A stretch of DNA of 63,249 nt, the filler included, from Kipferlia bialata (lineage: Eukaryota), in the NCBI GenBank assembly GCA_003568945.1. It is 5 parts of 4 records of this genome, joined end to end, with 100 filler letters (N's around TTAATTAATTAA, not from the genome) between each part and the next. Parts side by side here need not be neighbours in the genome. Positions count along the whole stretch, not along the records: positions 1 to 20,427 come from BDIP01000039.1; 4 more parts are not named here. The stretch is one strand, 5' to 3'. Numbering within the stretch: the first letter of the stretch is position 1; the number at the start of each line of letters is the position of its first letter. The translations under genes and the position numbers were made by a program. Shown here piece after piece: positions 1 to 14,600 of this stretch. The notes beneath the pieces were generated by a model. The model did no database searches. It had not been told where the DNA came from and worked only from the letters and a program-made list of their open reading frames with translations.

Positions 1-584
1 ACTTGACTGCAAAGGCACGGTACATGAGTTCTATGGGTAAGACGGAGAGAGAGAGAGAGAGAGAGAGAGCTAAGTTGTTATACCCAAGAATCGTAGGGAG
101 GGACTCCCCTTCTTCTCGTATGAAAGGCCACGAATAGAGAATATACACATAGACAGTGGGGTATATATATATATATGAGATATACATACCTCCAGCTCGT
201 GTGTGGCCAGCTTCTGCAGGCATGCCTTGACCTGGGGGTCAGAGACTGTATGTAAACACACACATATATATACATATGAATGCATTTAGAGCCGAAAGTG
301 TATGGTCAATCATCATTGACATAGGGTCAGACATTGACAACAATGTATATGGTACGTATCTCAGTAATACACGGCAGTTATGGCTATATATCAGGTCTGG
401 GAGTCGGGATGTATGATATGGACTGCGATGTAGAGGCTAGCTGCCACTGCCACAAACCTTGTTGTCAAAGAAGGGAATAGAAAGGAGACTGAAACCAAAA
501 CACATGCAACAACCCACAGAAAGCAACTCGGTGGGGATAATCATACTCAATTGCACTCACCTCGTCGTTCTTAAGCTCAGCCAT
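1..584 (-). CDS. 5' part of a multi-exon hypothetical protein gene (runs off the window)
   Basis: ATG at 584; exons 561-584 (MAELKNDE|gtgagt), 190-231 (VKACLQKLATHELE), a tentative exon ending near 84, and an exon from about 30 (ELMYRAFAVK). GT-AG introns with typical acceptors. No recognised family. Confidence 0.55.
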
Positions 585-1143
585 TGTCTCTCTGTCTCTC
601 TCCAGTGAGTAGCTGAGAGGGGTCGTGGTTCGTCTGCTCTCTTGCTTCGATGTCTGTTACTGTATACCTCACATCTCCCATCTACAGGTGAGGGGTGATG
701 GTGAACAGGAACTATGAACTGTAGACACACTTGGGTTGTCAGACATTCATGCAGTCACTCTCTATCCCCCTACTTCTGTAACGGGGAGAGAAATACATGC
801 AGTCTTACTGTACGACTATATGTATTCATTTAGCTGGTGACCAGCCTGGTCACTGTACTAAATAGAGGCGATCAATGGCAAATTCGTGACATGTCACTTA
901 ACAGTGTCAACAATGTAGATTCATGACAACCATCACTCACCTGTATACAGTGCCACTTTTCGATGATTACAGATTTGTGCCAACCTAGAAACCGAGCCAC
1001 CAGAGCGATCGGAGCGAGAGAAAGCAATAGGGCATCTTGCGACACTATTTCAAAGATAGAGGCCATTTAGAGGACTAAATTCGTCCGACATGAATCAGAC
1101 CAGGGAAGAGGCCCTGTCTCTTCCACCCATAGCCTGCACAGCA

Positions 1144-2012
1144 ATGTCAGGCAGAGAGAGAAGGCCCCAATTGTACGTAAGTGGTATATACATGGTTATA
1201 GTGGGTTCTATATGGTGTTATAGCGCACCTGTGTGTGATTCTGGGTAGTATTGTCCTTCTTTAGCAGGTTTATCCCCTTTATCGGGTGTATAGGGAGACA
1301 TGTGTTACTAATCACCCTTCCTCCTTCACATACCATACCTCATTTGATATTGGTACTCATGTGATTGTGTGTATTGTCGTGTAAATAGTGTAGGAATCAG
1401 TGTGGTACTCTCTGTTGTGTTCCCTGCGAATACATATGATTCCTTCCCTTCTGGTATGTCTCCTATACAGTTTATGTGTACCGTATACCATGAATGTGAC
1501 ACCGACATCTTGTAGAACTAACCCTGCAGGGAATGTGTGTATTGATGTCACTCTATTCACTCAACTGTGTCACAGTCTCTCCCTCCACCCGACTCTCTCT
1601 CCACACAACGTAGCTCTCACTCTAACACCTTCTCTGTTCCCACGTCATCTGTTCTCACCCCTAAGAAAGTACCCCTCGTCTTGTTGCAGATGGTGATATA
1701 CTCCCTCTCCCACTCCACTCACCCTCTCTCACCCCCTAGTAGTCACCCGAAGGATATCAGTATACATATCTATATCTATATCTAGTATATATACTTAGAT
1801 CTATCCTCTAATCCCTCAGTAGTGACCCCTCTGCCAAGCAGAGGGCGATTCATATGACTGTCATATATACATTATGTATCACATAGTATATACTAACCCC
1901 TCAGTAGTGACCCCTCTGCTAAGCAGAGGGTCATGAAGGATATCAGGAAGCTCTCCATGCGCTTCCCAGTCAGTGCGGTGGATGACAGGTATCCCTCTCT
2001 CTCTCTGAGAGA

Positions 2013-2046
<34 letters not shown>

Positions 2047-2431
2047 GTACCTATATTGATGTGTCACAGTCAGTGCGGTCGACGACAGGTGCGTCTCTGC
2101 CTCTCTCTCTCCCTCTATATATATATATATATATATATACATATATGGTATCACTACTGTCGAGATCGACATGGCTAAGAGTCCACTGTGTGTCTCTCTC
2201 TATCCCTCTCACTCATAGCAGGATCGACGAGTTCCACGTCTGGATCTGTGGGCCCAGTGACTCACCATACGAGGGTGAGTGCCTCTCTCTCTCCCCTCCC
2301 TTAAGCCCCAGTACATGTATATTCTGTGACGACTTACATACTCTTGTGAGGCCATAAACCCTTCTCCCTCACCCCCAGGTGGAGTGTTCCAGATCCATGT
2401 GACCCTGCCACCCAACTACCCATACAAGGTA

Positions 2432-2466
<35 letters not shown>

Positions 2467-3904
2467 ATCTATTACATACTAATCTCAGTCCCCCTCCGTA
2501 GGGTTTGTGACCAGGATCATGCACCCCAACGTGGACACGGGGTCGGGATCAGTGTGCCTGTACGTGTATATACATACTTACTCGATACTCAGTGTTCTAT
2601 TCAATACGATTGTATAGTTCTGCTTGGTACTCGGTTTCCTACACGATATCTCTCCGCCTCTCACCCCCTAGGGATGTGCTCAATGCCAGATGGACCCCTC
2701 TGTATGGCCTTGCCCATGTGTTTGAGACATTCATCCCACACCTGCTCAGGTAGTGTATATATGTATATATATCTGACTACCTCTCTCTTGGTTCCTTGTA
2801 TATATTCTCACCCCCAGGTACCCCAACCCCCACGACCCCCTCAACACCTGATTGATAGAAGGACATACATACCTTCATTACTGTCAAGCTTGATGTAGAT
2901 ACTCATCGCAAGGTACCCCAACCCCCACGACCCCCTCAACAGTGATGCCGCCAGGATGCTCATAGGCAACGAGGAGCAGTACAAGGTATATATATACTAA
3001 ATGTATATATACACTAGTATGTATGCATACAATAGTATATATACACTAGTATGTTTGCCGAATGAGGAACAGTACAAGGAATATATACATATATTGTGTA
3101 TGCAGGGGCAGAGTCTACTCTTGTATACATTGCTGACCCCTAGGTGCAGGTGCGCCGGTTCACCTCTGTGCATGCCTCCCCTGAGAATGCCCATCTACCC
3201 AAGGACATACCCAGGTATATGAATATGTACACATATATATATCCATATACATACATTGAGTATACTATACATATATGTACTCCCTGAGAATGCCCATCTT
3301 CCCAAGGACATTCCAAGGTACATGAATATACATCTATATATTAATACTAGACACAATATTGGAGAAGTAGTATTCCCCAGGTATTTGTTTGACTTGTACA
3401 CTCACCCCAGTCCCTTCAAGCAGCTCCTGCTACAGCAGTCACACAAGGAGGAGGTATGACTATGAGTATACATACTCCATACATATGGATACAGTTACTA
3501 CTCTGTATAGTGACTGATACTCAGGTTGGTGCTGGCATAGGTGCCCTTGTGTCACCAACCATACATGTAATCACTGCCTATACACGATAATCAATTGTCT
3601 CACTCTCACCTTTGGGTTGGTGCTGGCATTGGTGCCCTTGTATATACTCTCATATTCCAGACATACAGTTACTACTCTGTGTTATTGCTTACTTATTTAT
3701 TACTAACACATAGGTCGGTGCTGGCATAGGTGCCCTTGTGTCACCCACCATGAGCACCAGGAGTGAGCTGGTGGGAGAGGTACAATGTATTCACTTGCTT
3801 GACATGAAACCTTGTTCTTCTGCTAGAAAGCATAGTATGCTCCCTCATCCTACCCCCACCCTCAGGTGTCTGACGAGGAGTTCTCCTTCAGTGACCCAGT
3901 GTAG
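1144..3904 (+). CDS. UBC8: Ubiquitin-conjugating enzyme E2, UBE2H/Ubc8 (GID complex) type, about 11 exons
   Basis: Spliced by hand: [138 protein letters not shown]...[12 protein letters not shown]. Has HPN plus catalytic Cys (SVCLD) and the YPNPxDPLNxDAA motif typical of UBE2H/Ubc8. All introns are GT-AG and phases are compatible. Confidence 0.92.
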
Positions 3905-4386
3905 ATAGAGAGAGAGAGAGAGAGAGATGAAGTGTGTAAGAGAGAGAGAGAGAATGACTGAAGTCGTCTGCCGAATTCTGTTTCCCACTGTGTGTATTCA
4001 TTATGTTTGTGTGTTCAATTTCCTATCTTCAACCTCATCTAACGACTGAGATGTGGTTGGACCTGTGTGTATATCCAATAGAAAAAGAGAAACTATGTCA
4101 TTTGTCTGTTTACACCCTCGCTTCTGGAATGGTCGCAAAGTCTATTCAACCAAATACATCACTATTCGATATATCTACAATACATACTACACTACGCAAA
4201 CGTGGGCCCCTAACTACACCCACTCCGTGACAACACAATCATTGTCTAACCTGCCAATATTACAGATCCCAATGAATCCTACCCACACATACTCCTAATA
4301 GTGTGTCCCTTCACCAAATGTGTCGAGGCCATTAACTACACCACTGAAGGTGTAGTAGAATAGGGTTTTTAGACCAGACAGAGTTC

Positions 4387-5655
4387 TTACACGATCAGCC
4401 TGACCTCAGGTAGCTCCACCTGGATATCGGTGAGTAGCTCTCTGGGTACACGGGTGCCCCTGTGGTGAGACAAAGGGTGTACAATGAAACATGTATCTAT
4501 ACGTAGTCTTGACCAATGTGCTATCAGGTCCAGTAGACCAATATCTCCCCCTCTCTCTACATAAAGCATATTCATCTGAATGTAATCTACCTCAGTACAA
4601 TAATAATATATGAATATAGTATATATAGTATATACCTGAGCACTATGGTGTGCAGCCTTGGGCACTCTGCGATCAGGTCCAAGAGGCCTGAGTCACTGAC
4701 ACGGGTGTGGGATACATCGATGGACTCCAGACGCCGCAGGAGGCTGGGGGGTTAGTCTCTCTCTCTCTGGATACATATACATCTACAATACCAAGTCAGA
4801 GACAGCAGGAGTCTGGGGGGTCAGGTATCCATATATTCATTGCGCAGTTTCACGCGTACACATAGAGACAGTATTATAAAGTATATATGTCAATACCTAG
4901 CCACCCCCCTCAGTGCCCTGTCACTGCTCCTCTCTCTCTTTAACTATATACATATATATATATACATATATATATATACATACACTACATACCTTGCTAC
5001 TCTCCTCAGTGCCCTGTCTGTCACTGCCTCTCTCTCTCTCTATATATATATATATACATATACAAATCTTACACCATATATATAGAGTGTCTATACCTTG
5101 CCACCCTCCTGAGTGCCCTGTCTGTCACCGCACTGCCACTCAGATCAACACTCAGGGCACCACGAAGCAGGGCCTAGGGTGAGGGTATATATATGAGTAT
5201 ATGTACATGTCCATGTATATCAAACAATCTGGGGTGAGGGTTTGTATACGAATATGTAAATGGTTATCATACATACATCATACACTTTGAGCATGGATAC
5301 AATGGTGGTACCTTCTCGCCCTCTGTGACGTCCCCCTGTCTCATGGTGTGTGAGGCCGGGAGGGAGATGAGTCTTCTCAGCAGGGTAGAGGCTGGATCAT
5401 ACTCAGCCTCTCTCTCCCTCTCTCTCTCCCTCTCTCTCTCCACCTGTGGCACCGTTGCACGAACGGTCTCGGGGGTATCCCTGAGGTGACCTGTCCTCTG
5501 CCTGATAGAGTTCTCTCTCTCCCTCCCCCTCTCCCTCTCTGTGTTATCCACCTCGTGGTACATGCGGTTGATGCGTTTGAGGGTGTTGACGCCACGGCCT
5601 GATATATCAGGGTATATTCAGAGATATGTATGTATACATAGAGAATACTTGTGTG

Positions 5656-5695
<40 letters not shown>

Positions 5696-8600
5696 TACCT
5701 GCACTTGTGGGTCTGTTGAGCCCCCCTCTGTTGAGTGGACTCTTACCCCCTCTGGTCCTTCTCCTCCTGCCCTGGTCCACAAGTCGCCTGGTACGTCAGT
5801 ACATGCATATACACATACTGATAACATCTTACATATTCACTATAAAGAATACTGATTATTACCTTGTGCTCCGGAGCCTGTCTCCGCTGTCACCCTCTCT
5901 CTCACCGTCTCTCTCTCTGTCCACTCTCCTGCCTCTGGCACTGCCCCGACTGGCACTTCTCTCTCTCTCTCTCTTCTTTGTGGGTGCCCTTCCTCTCTCT
6001 CTCTCTCTTCCCTTACCCTTGGTGTCTAGGTCAGAGTAGGTGAGGGGGGCAGGCTCAGGAGAGGCACTAGCACCAGGCTGCTCCTGTTGCTGTAGCAGGG
6101 AGGAGAGAGAGAGATGCACACTGGGTACAGAGGCAGCTGGGGTTGGTACTCTCTCTCTCTCTCTCTCTCTGCCTGTTGTGGATCTGAGTCTCCTAGCAGA
6201 TGTGGGTCTCTCCCTCCCCCTCTCTCTCTGGGAGGTGACAGCCATCCTGCTCCTGCTCCTGGAGGCAGAACGGCCCCTGGCACGCTCCCTTAGTGTCAGT
6301 ATAAGAGAATCAATATACATTACTGTGAATGTTGTACACTCTTACCTGCTCAGGGCACGCATGTCTCTGGCTCTCTCTCTCTCAAGCCTCTCCCTCTCCA
6401 CACGCTCCCTCTCCTCTCTCTCCTCTCTCTCCTCCACTGCAACCCTGGGGGTGAGAAAAGATATACATATAGAACTCAGCTTCATACACATGTCTTGATA
6501 CTCATTAACACGTGTGTTCCAGCTTTCCAGACATCTCTAATGTATACACATATATGCATAAGAGTATACCTGTGTGCCAGCTTCGACACACTCCTGGACC
6601 GCTGTGTCAGGACAGACTTGGCCCGGTGGTGCTTGGTCTCACTCTCCCTGGGGTGTGAGATATACACATGTATACATATGAGAGACATGCACAAGGCTAT
6701 GGAGAAAGTATTCCCATACTGTATGTAATTTGCCCTGGTGCTAGGAGTCACTCTCCGTCGAGAAAAAACATGCAAATGATATATATAAATACATATACAC
6801 ATTCGTGTACAATATCAACAATTCTCCTATCCATACCTGATGAGCCGTGTGATGCTGGCGATGACGGGGGTCAGTTCCTGGGAGTCAGTACAGAAGCTAC
6901 TGATAGTATAGTGTTGCATATGTATATATTGAACATCAATACCTGAGCGTTGTCGATGGCGGTCAGCACCGACTGGGCCACGGATATCAACTCAACGAAG
7001 CGGTCGGTCAGGACCCTGGGCGTGAGATACACAATATCACAAGTGTCAAATGAATTTATAGATACCTGATCTGTGGGCTGTACTTGGTAGACATCCCCTC
7101 CAACCCCTCCTGTAACATGATGTCACGCTGCATCTCAGCTGAGGTGGGGCGGTGCACGCCCTGCAGTGAGTATGTTTAAAATTAGATGTATACTACTACA
7201 CTATGTAGAATAATGTACAATTGCAAATTCATAAAGATATATATATATGTAATCGGCTGAGGTGGGGGGTACACACCCTGCAGTAATACGATATACACAT
7301 AAATACTGTAGTGTACTAACTCAATCCCCACCTGCATCTCATCGACCACGAGGCCAAGCTCGAGGCCAATCTCTCTCTCCATGCCACGGAGGGCCTCGGC
7401 CTGGGGTTAGAACATTGATAAGAGAGATAGATAGAGAGAGATAGTATACCATGCGATTGAGAACCTCGGTCTAGTACTAGGCTAGAGTATGAAAGTATCA
7501 GTAGAGAGTGTGAATGTATATATCGGTGAATGAGATATATCCTCTTACCTCAGCCTCTGTGAGCTCCCCTCCCCAGATACCATCCCCGTCACCCTCTCCC
7601 TCTCCCTCTCCCTCTCTCCTCTGTCTGCCCTCTCTCTCCAATAGGGTCTTGACACGTCTGTCGGGGGACGTCATGTAGATGGAGTCTGTGTTAGGGTGAC
7701 TATTAACATACAGAGACAGAATACCCGTATATATATTGACACACCAACGCAATAGAAAAGAGAAAACTCAAACATACTACCTGCGATGCATATTGTCTTT
7801 GAGTATGCCTCTCTCACTGCCTCCTCTCTCTCCCTCAGCTCCTGCTGCCACAGGGCCTCTCTCCTGAATGTGAGAGATATACTTTACGCATTTATGTGAT
7901 GAATAGTGGAAATGACACAATCTATACTCACACACAGCTACACATGCATACCTAGCCTCATCCTCTCTGACGACTGTGTCTGTGAGGTGCTGCACTGTGT
8001 CACGCACACCGGAGAGCATGGCATCGGTCTCGGCCCTGAGGGTTGGGGACATACATACCCCGGTGTATTCATTCAATTCAATGTGTATTTTCACCCCTAC
8101 CTTGTAATGGCGAGTGTCACCATCTCCTCCAGTTGGCATACACAGAGATACATATATATATACATATATATATATATATGTAAAGACTTCACTCCGATAT
8201 ACATACCTTGTAATGGCGAGTGTCACCATCTCCTCCATCATCATTATAGATAGATACCTCAATAATTATAATGATTTACTACCGCATAACTTCATATAGG
8301 TCTTACCTTGTAATGGCGAGTGTCACCATCTCCTCCAGGATGTCTGAGCACACCCCCTCCACCCTCTGCCTCTCTCTCTCCTTCTCGAGGGCAACGGACA
8401 GACTCTCCACCATTCCCTCTCCCTCTCCCTCTCCGGTTGGACCCTTTAGAGACATGGCAACCTCTCTCTCTCTCTCTGTCAGGCCAATCTCCGCAAACTC
8501 ATAGTCCACAGAGACAATCTCCCGGGGGGGCTCGGCGGATACAGCGGCAACTGGCTTCATGGCCTACACAGTTAGTACAACGACTGCACGGAAATGTAGC

Positions 8601-11600
8601 TCAAACATCTAAGAACAAAACAATACAAATACTACCATATCAATACAAATATTACCGTAGTCGTAGAGGAAGAGAACTGCATGAACCATATATTGACTAA
8701 ACATACCATAGGCTTAGGGGGGGGTGGCAGGGCAGGTGCCAGCAGTCTCGAGACTATGCTCTTGATGGGTCTCTCTCCCCTGGGGGTTAGAGAACACTAG
8801 TATTCAATACATACATAATTGTATGTGAAACTCTAATTAGGTTCATACCTAGCATCCACCGGCTTCTTGGAGACAACCTCTCCCTCTCCCTCTCCATCGG
8901 TGAATGTGGCAAAGAGTCTCTCCCTCTCCACATCACCCCAGTAGGCACCATACACCACATACTCGGACTGGATTGTTAGTTATCTATATAGCAGACACAT
9001 AGGATGATGAGTATTTCAACAATTCGAAGAGCGATATTCGAGTACATATCAACAGTAGGCACCATCACACTTACTCAGACTGGGGTCAGTGATGTATACA
9101 GTGTGCAATATACTAACTAGCATTCAACACATTACCAATGACACTGTCCACTGTAGTGAACACATACAATGTACACTACATTCTAGATGTAAAGAATATT
9201 AAATATACATACCGTGACTGCCTCTCTGACGCTGTCTCTGGCCATGGACCTGGCAAGGGACACGGTCTGGGAGTGAGATGCACACATATACATGAATGAG
9301 TGTACTTGTTAGATCCAGTAGAGATAGTGATAATAGTAGAAAGGACACGCACCTCTGCCAGCACCGACTCCTCGACCCACCCGGCCTCTCCCTCTCCCTC
9401 TCCCTCTCCCTCTCCGTCTCCCTCTGTCTCTCTGTTGAGGAATGGGTTGGGAGCATAGCTAGACACAGCTGGGGAACCAGACCCCACCCAGGCAATGGCA
9501 CGTCTGAAGATTAGCGTGTATATATATAGTATTAGTTATCAAACTATATATACAGAAATAGACACACCCAGGCATTGCACGTCTGGGGGTGAGATGGAAT
9601 ATGTATAGAGAACACGTACAACCATATACATTATAGTCATGTATATATGTATATATAATAGTATAATAGTATATGTATAGTATGAAATACTGCTACTAAC
9701 CTCACTGGGCTGAGCACTGACAGGATGGGCGCCAGGGTGTCTGGACTGGGCCCTGGGTCCTCTCTGACCACACTGCCACGTCTGGACCTAACAGTTAGAC
9801 ATGTAAATACAGTACAGTACAGTAGTCAATGGTTGTGGTATCTCACTCTATAAAACATACCTGCTCCCCCTTCTGCTCCTCCTGCCACTCTTCTCTCTCT
9901 CCTGCCTCTCCTTCTCTGCTCTCTCTCTCTCTCTCTCCTCCTCCTCCTTGGCCCTCTGGGCTATGCCCCTCTCCTTGTCCTGTCTCTCACGGTGCATCTG
10001 AGAGACGGCCTCGGAAAGCTGTCTGGGGTAAGACTATCTTCACACACATTGTATATACAAAGAAGAAGCTAGTGTAATGTGCTAGTGCTTAGGTAAGAGT
10101 ACATAGGAGGATACATACTACGATAATATGGTACCTGCTCCTCTCCGGTGTGTATCTCCGCATGTAGCAGCACTCAAAGGTGGACAGGGGCAGGAGGGAG
10201 AGAGAGGGGACAGAGGAGAGCTCAGACAGAGGAGCAGTGTGGCAGAAGAACAGAACCTGGGAGTTAGGTGTACACATTGAATACACACTGAATACCACAC
10301 TGTGTACATGGTAACTATATGGATACCCTATCTACTATATCTACTATTATATATATATACATATATACTATAAATGTGAAAAAGATACATACCTGTGTGT
10401 CTGCGCTAGTGTTGATGGGTACCAGTCTGAGGTCGTAGAGACCAGAGACATCCAGAACAAGGGGGGACACACGGTCAGCCAGGGACTGGGGTGAGCATAT
10501 GAAATGGTAAAGAGAGAGAGAGGGAGAGAGAGAGATACATCCAGGACAAGGGGGGACACACGGTCAGCCAGGGACTGGGTTGGTATGTGAATATGTGGGG
10601 TCACTTATAGCGAAACACATGATATGTGAGAGAGAACTACGGGTGACACCTGCAGTGCCCTCTGGAAGCTCTGTCTGAACTGTGCCATGTCTGTGTCTGT
10701 CTCAACAGTGTCTGGGAACAGGGGCATGCCACCCTGGGCACGCAGCCTAAGGGTCTGGAGGTACTGATGGTCAGTAACTACAAATAGAGAGAGAGAAAGA
10801 GAGAGAGAGAGAAAGTGAGCTAGAGAAGCATGTCACCCTCGGCTACGGGAGGAGGTACCCGATCGAGCATGGCCATAAATACTAATGTATATATAATACA
10901 TACTCATTACCTCCATCTCCCGCGTCCCCAGTGTCTCCACCACCCTGTCCTCCCTATCAACAAGGGGTACCGATGGCACAAAGGACCAGTCGGAGTTGGG
11001 AACAGCAACCATGCACTCGCCGGCGGTGCTATCGCCTAGGGGTTAAGGTGGTACCTGGTGTGTACATGCATATATAGTATTAAAACTGGTGTTTGTGTAC
11101 CTGCGATGCTGAATGAGACTAGTGCCAGGTGCACTCCAGGTGCCAGCCTATCCACATCCTCTCTCTCTCCCTCTGCCTCTCCCGCCATGGATGGAAGGGT
11201 GGGGTGGGGGGCACTTCTGGCCATAGAGGAGATGAACCTAGAGGTGAGCCATGCAAAACACATATATCAGTGCAAATGAATATCAATTGATAGTATACCT
11301 AGTGTGTCTGAGGGATGGGGGTCCCCTGCTGGCCACGTCCAGGTGGATGTCAAGGAGGGGGTACAGGACAGACTCGACCTGACATTAAGTGGATTGCATG
11401 TATATAGCATGTGTACACTATATATATGAAAACATATATATGTGTGTGTGTAGGTATAATAAGAAAGGGTAGAGGACAGACTCAATCTGACTGTTAGCAG
11501 AGAGACAAATAACTGAAGGTGAGGGGGTAGACTATATGCCACATATATTCATGTCGCTAAAAATATGTATATATGTACATATGTATAATACATACCTCTG

Positions 11601-14600
11601 CCACCCCCATGCGTCTGAACAGGGCCTCCCTCTCCTTCTCCTGCTGCCTCTCTCTCTCCCTCTCATTGTCAGTGACTATAGCGGCAGGGGGCACCACACT
11701 GGCATCAGTGCAAGCAAATTTGTAGATATGTTTACATACCTAAGTATATATACACTTCTACATGCGTACAGCAGCATATTCATACATTCATGTGAATGTG
11801 TATATGATATTTAAGAATTATGGATCTCCATACCTGCATGCATAGAGCAGCAGTGCGTCTGTGTGGTGGGGTGTGATGGACAGAGACAGGGGGCGGGGGA
11901 AGGGGGTGAGGGTCTCCCTGTCAACTCGGAAGCCTGGGGGTCAGTTATCACTTGTATATGTATATGAATACATTGTCTACACCTAAAACTATACCTGCCA
12001 TGTCCATCTGTGTACATACAGCGTGTAGAGCAGCTACAATAATACCAAATATGCAAATACACAATACTTAGTGATTATCTATCTATGTCATATATGCTAC
12101 CTGCCATGTCTATGTGTGTACACACTGTGTGCAGGGCAGCCTTGACTATATATCATACATCTGTATATATACTATATATATATACACATGTTGTATATAT
12201 ATATATATGCCCTATCTACCTGCCATGTCCATCTGTGTACACACTGTGTGCAGGGCAGCCTTGACAGCTGGGTCCCCGTCCTCCAGAGAGGACAGGAGGG
12301 AGAGGGTGGCAGACTGGACTGGGGGTTAGAACTTGTAGTTATGTATACGTACAATGAGGCATATATACATATATACAAATAGTTTAGATGATAGGAGGGA
12401 CAGGGTGGCAGACTGGACTGGGGGTCATATATATATACATACTACTGCATATATATATATTGATATGAAAATGAATCAGGGGGACAGGGTGGCAGACTGG
12501 ACTGGGGGTTGGTGTGTGAATATATAAAATATACATGGATGTGAATCATACGGAAGAGGGTGGGGATACAAATGAAATATGGAGTACCTGACTGATCCAC
12601 CCCCAACAGGGCAGATGATGCCTTGGGAGTGAACTCACAGGAGGGGAGGGCAAGGGGCAGGGCCTGAGGGTGAGGGTCAATGAAACAATACTACATACAA
12701 TGGACGGGTACAAATATACACTGCGCACAGTACCTGGGAACAAAATTAAACATACGAGTATTGACTCTAGTGTATAAAATGTACAATACCTATGTACTAT
12801 TAGCCTTGTTGGGCATTGGGTATGAGAGTGTACATAAATAACACTGACTCTAGTATATATATACCACAATACCTGGGTACCATTAGCCTTGTTGGGCATT
12901 GGGTATGCCAAGGCCAGTGCAGATGCCTTGTCCTGTGCGCCCCCTACATTGACAGCCACAATATCTCTCTCTCCCTCTTCCTCTGTCTCATCGGACTCTG
13001 GGCATGTGCCAATGAGCACCACTCTATAGGTCTTGGTCTGCTTGGGCTTCTCTCTCTCCCTGGAGGGGAGGGCAGGGGGAAGACTGGGGTGAGACCGAGT
13101 ATCACTGTAACCACAACAGAATACACGCTTTCTCCCTCAGAATCGTATTACTATAATAATTACCACCAGTATACTATACCTAGCCATAGAAGTGGGTGGC
13201 TCTGCCCTGGATGTCGTCAGAAGGGACCGGAAGCCCTGGCCTCTGCCCTCCTGGGCACCCTGGGCGTGAGAGGGTTATAACATGATATATACTATATACT
13301 GAACAATTATGGAATTCACAACAATACGGTATTGCACATACATAGAGATTACACTCTTATGCCCCGGCCAGTAGTAATGAGTAACAATTATTATGAATGA
13401 AAATGGAACGTAAATCCCCTCCATGTACACGCTGAATGATACAACCTATTTGGCCTAGTAACGTAAACATGTATACTACCATTACCTTATCAGCCGAGTA
13501 CTTTGACGCGAATGACAGACTCATCATGTCATCTAGGACACATATATAGTAATATTGATATATATATATATACCTAAATACTCATATACGTGTAGTAATG
13601 AATATAGTACTCTTGTCTTACCTTATCAGCCGAGTACTTTGACGCGTATGACAGACTCATCATGTCATCCAGGACATGGTCCAGATGGGTCAGGAGGGCG
13701 TCACTGATGCCGGCACTGACGGCAATGTCCCTAGTGGTTAGAATACATATAATGCCAGTAGGTACATGCATATGACTGTATTTGGTACAAAGAGGATAAT
13801 AGTTTGTCACTGATGTCGGCACTGACTGCAACGTCTCTGGGGTGTAAGTACACACATACTCTTCTTCTACACAAACAATTAATATAGCAGCTATATATAT
13901 ATATAAATGGTGGTTGTCACTGATGCCGGCAATGTCCCTGGGGGCTCAGAATAATATACCGTACACACACATACACACATATATACACATATATGCATCC
14001 AAGTATATTAATGTACAAAATGTCCAGTACCTGAGCTTAGCGAGTGTCTTCCCTAGGTCAGGCTGGGCAGGGATAGGCCCAGGGTAGAGAGACATCTGCT
14101 CAGCGATGAGAAGCAGTCTCTCGACGGAGGAGGCATCTCCTGAGTGTGAGTGAGATATATACACTTGGAATATAAGCTGTGTACATTTGTGTACACACAT
14201 TCAGTACATTACATTCTACACTATAGCTAGTAAGACTACTGTGGATGACAAATAGTGGGCGTTCCCAAATGTATACACCACGTTATGAGCAGAGCTCACC
14301 TGACACCTCCATGTCTGCTGCCTGTGTTGTTACCATATCATATATACATACATATACATAAATATACCCAAACTACAATCTATCTATATATCTATATATA
14401 TATAACACTGTCCAATCACCTGACACCTCCATGTCTGCTGCCTGTGTCGTGATGGTGTGGCACCTATAATACACACTAATACACTACTATATACTGTCAT
14501 TCTCACCTGACACCTCCATGTCTGCTGCCTGTGTAGTGATGGTGTGGCAACTATAGAACATATCAATACACTACTATATATATATATATATATATATTAT

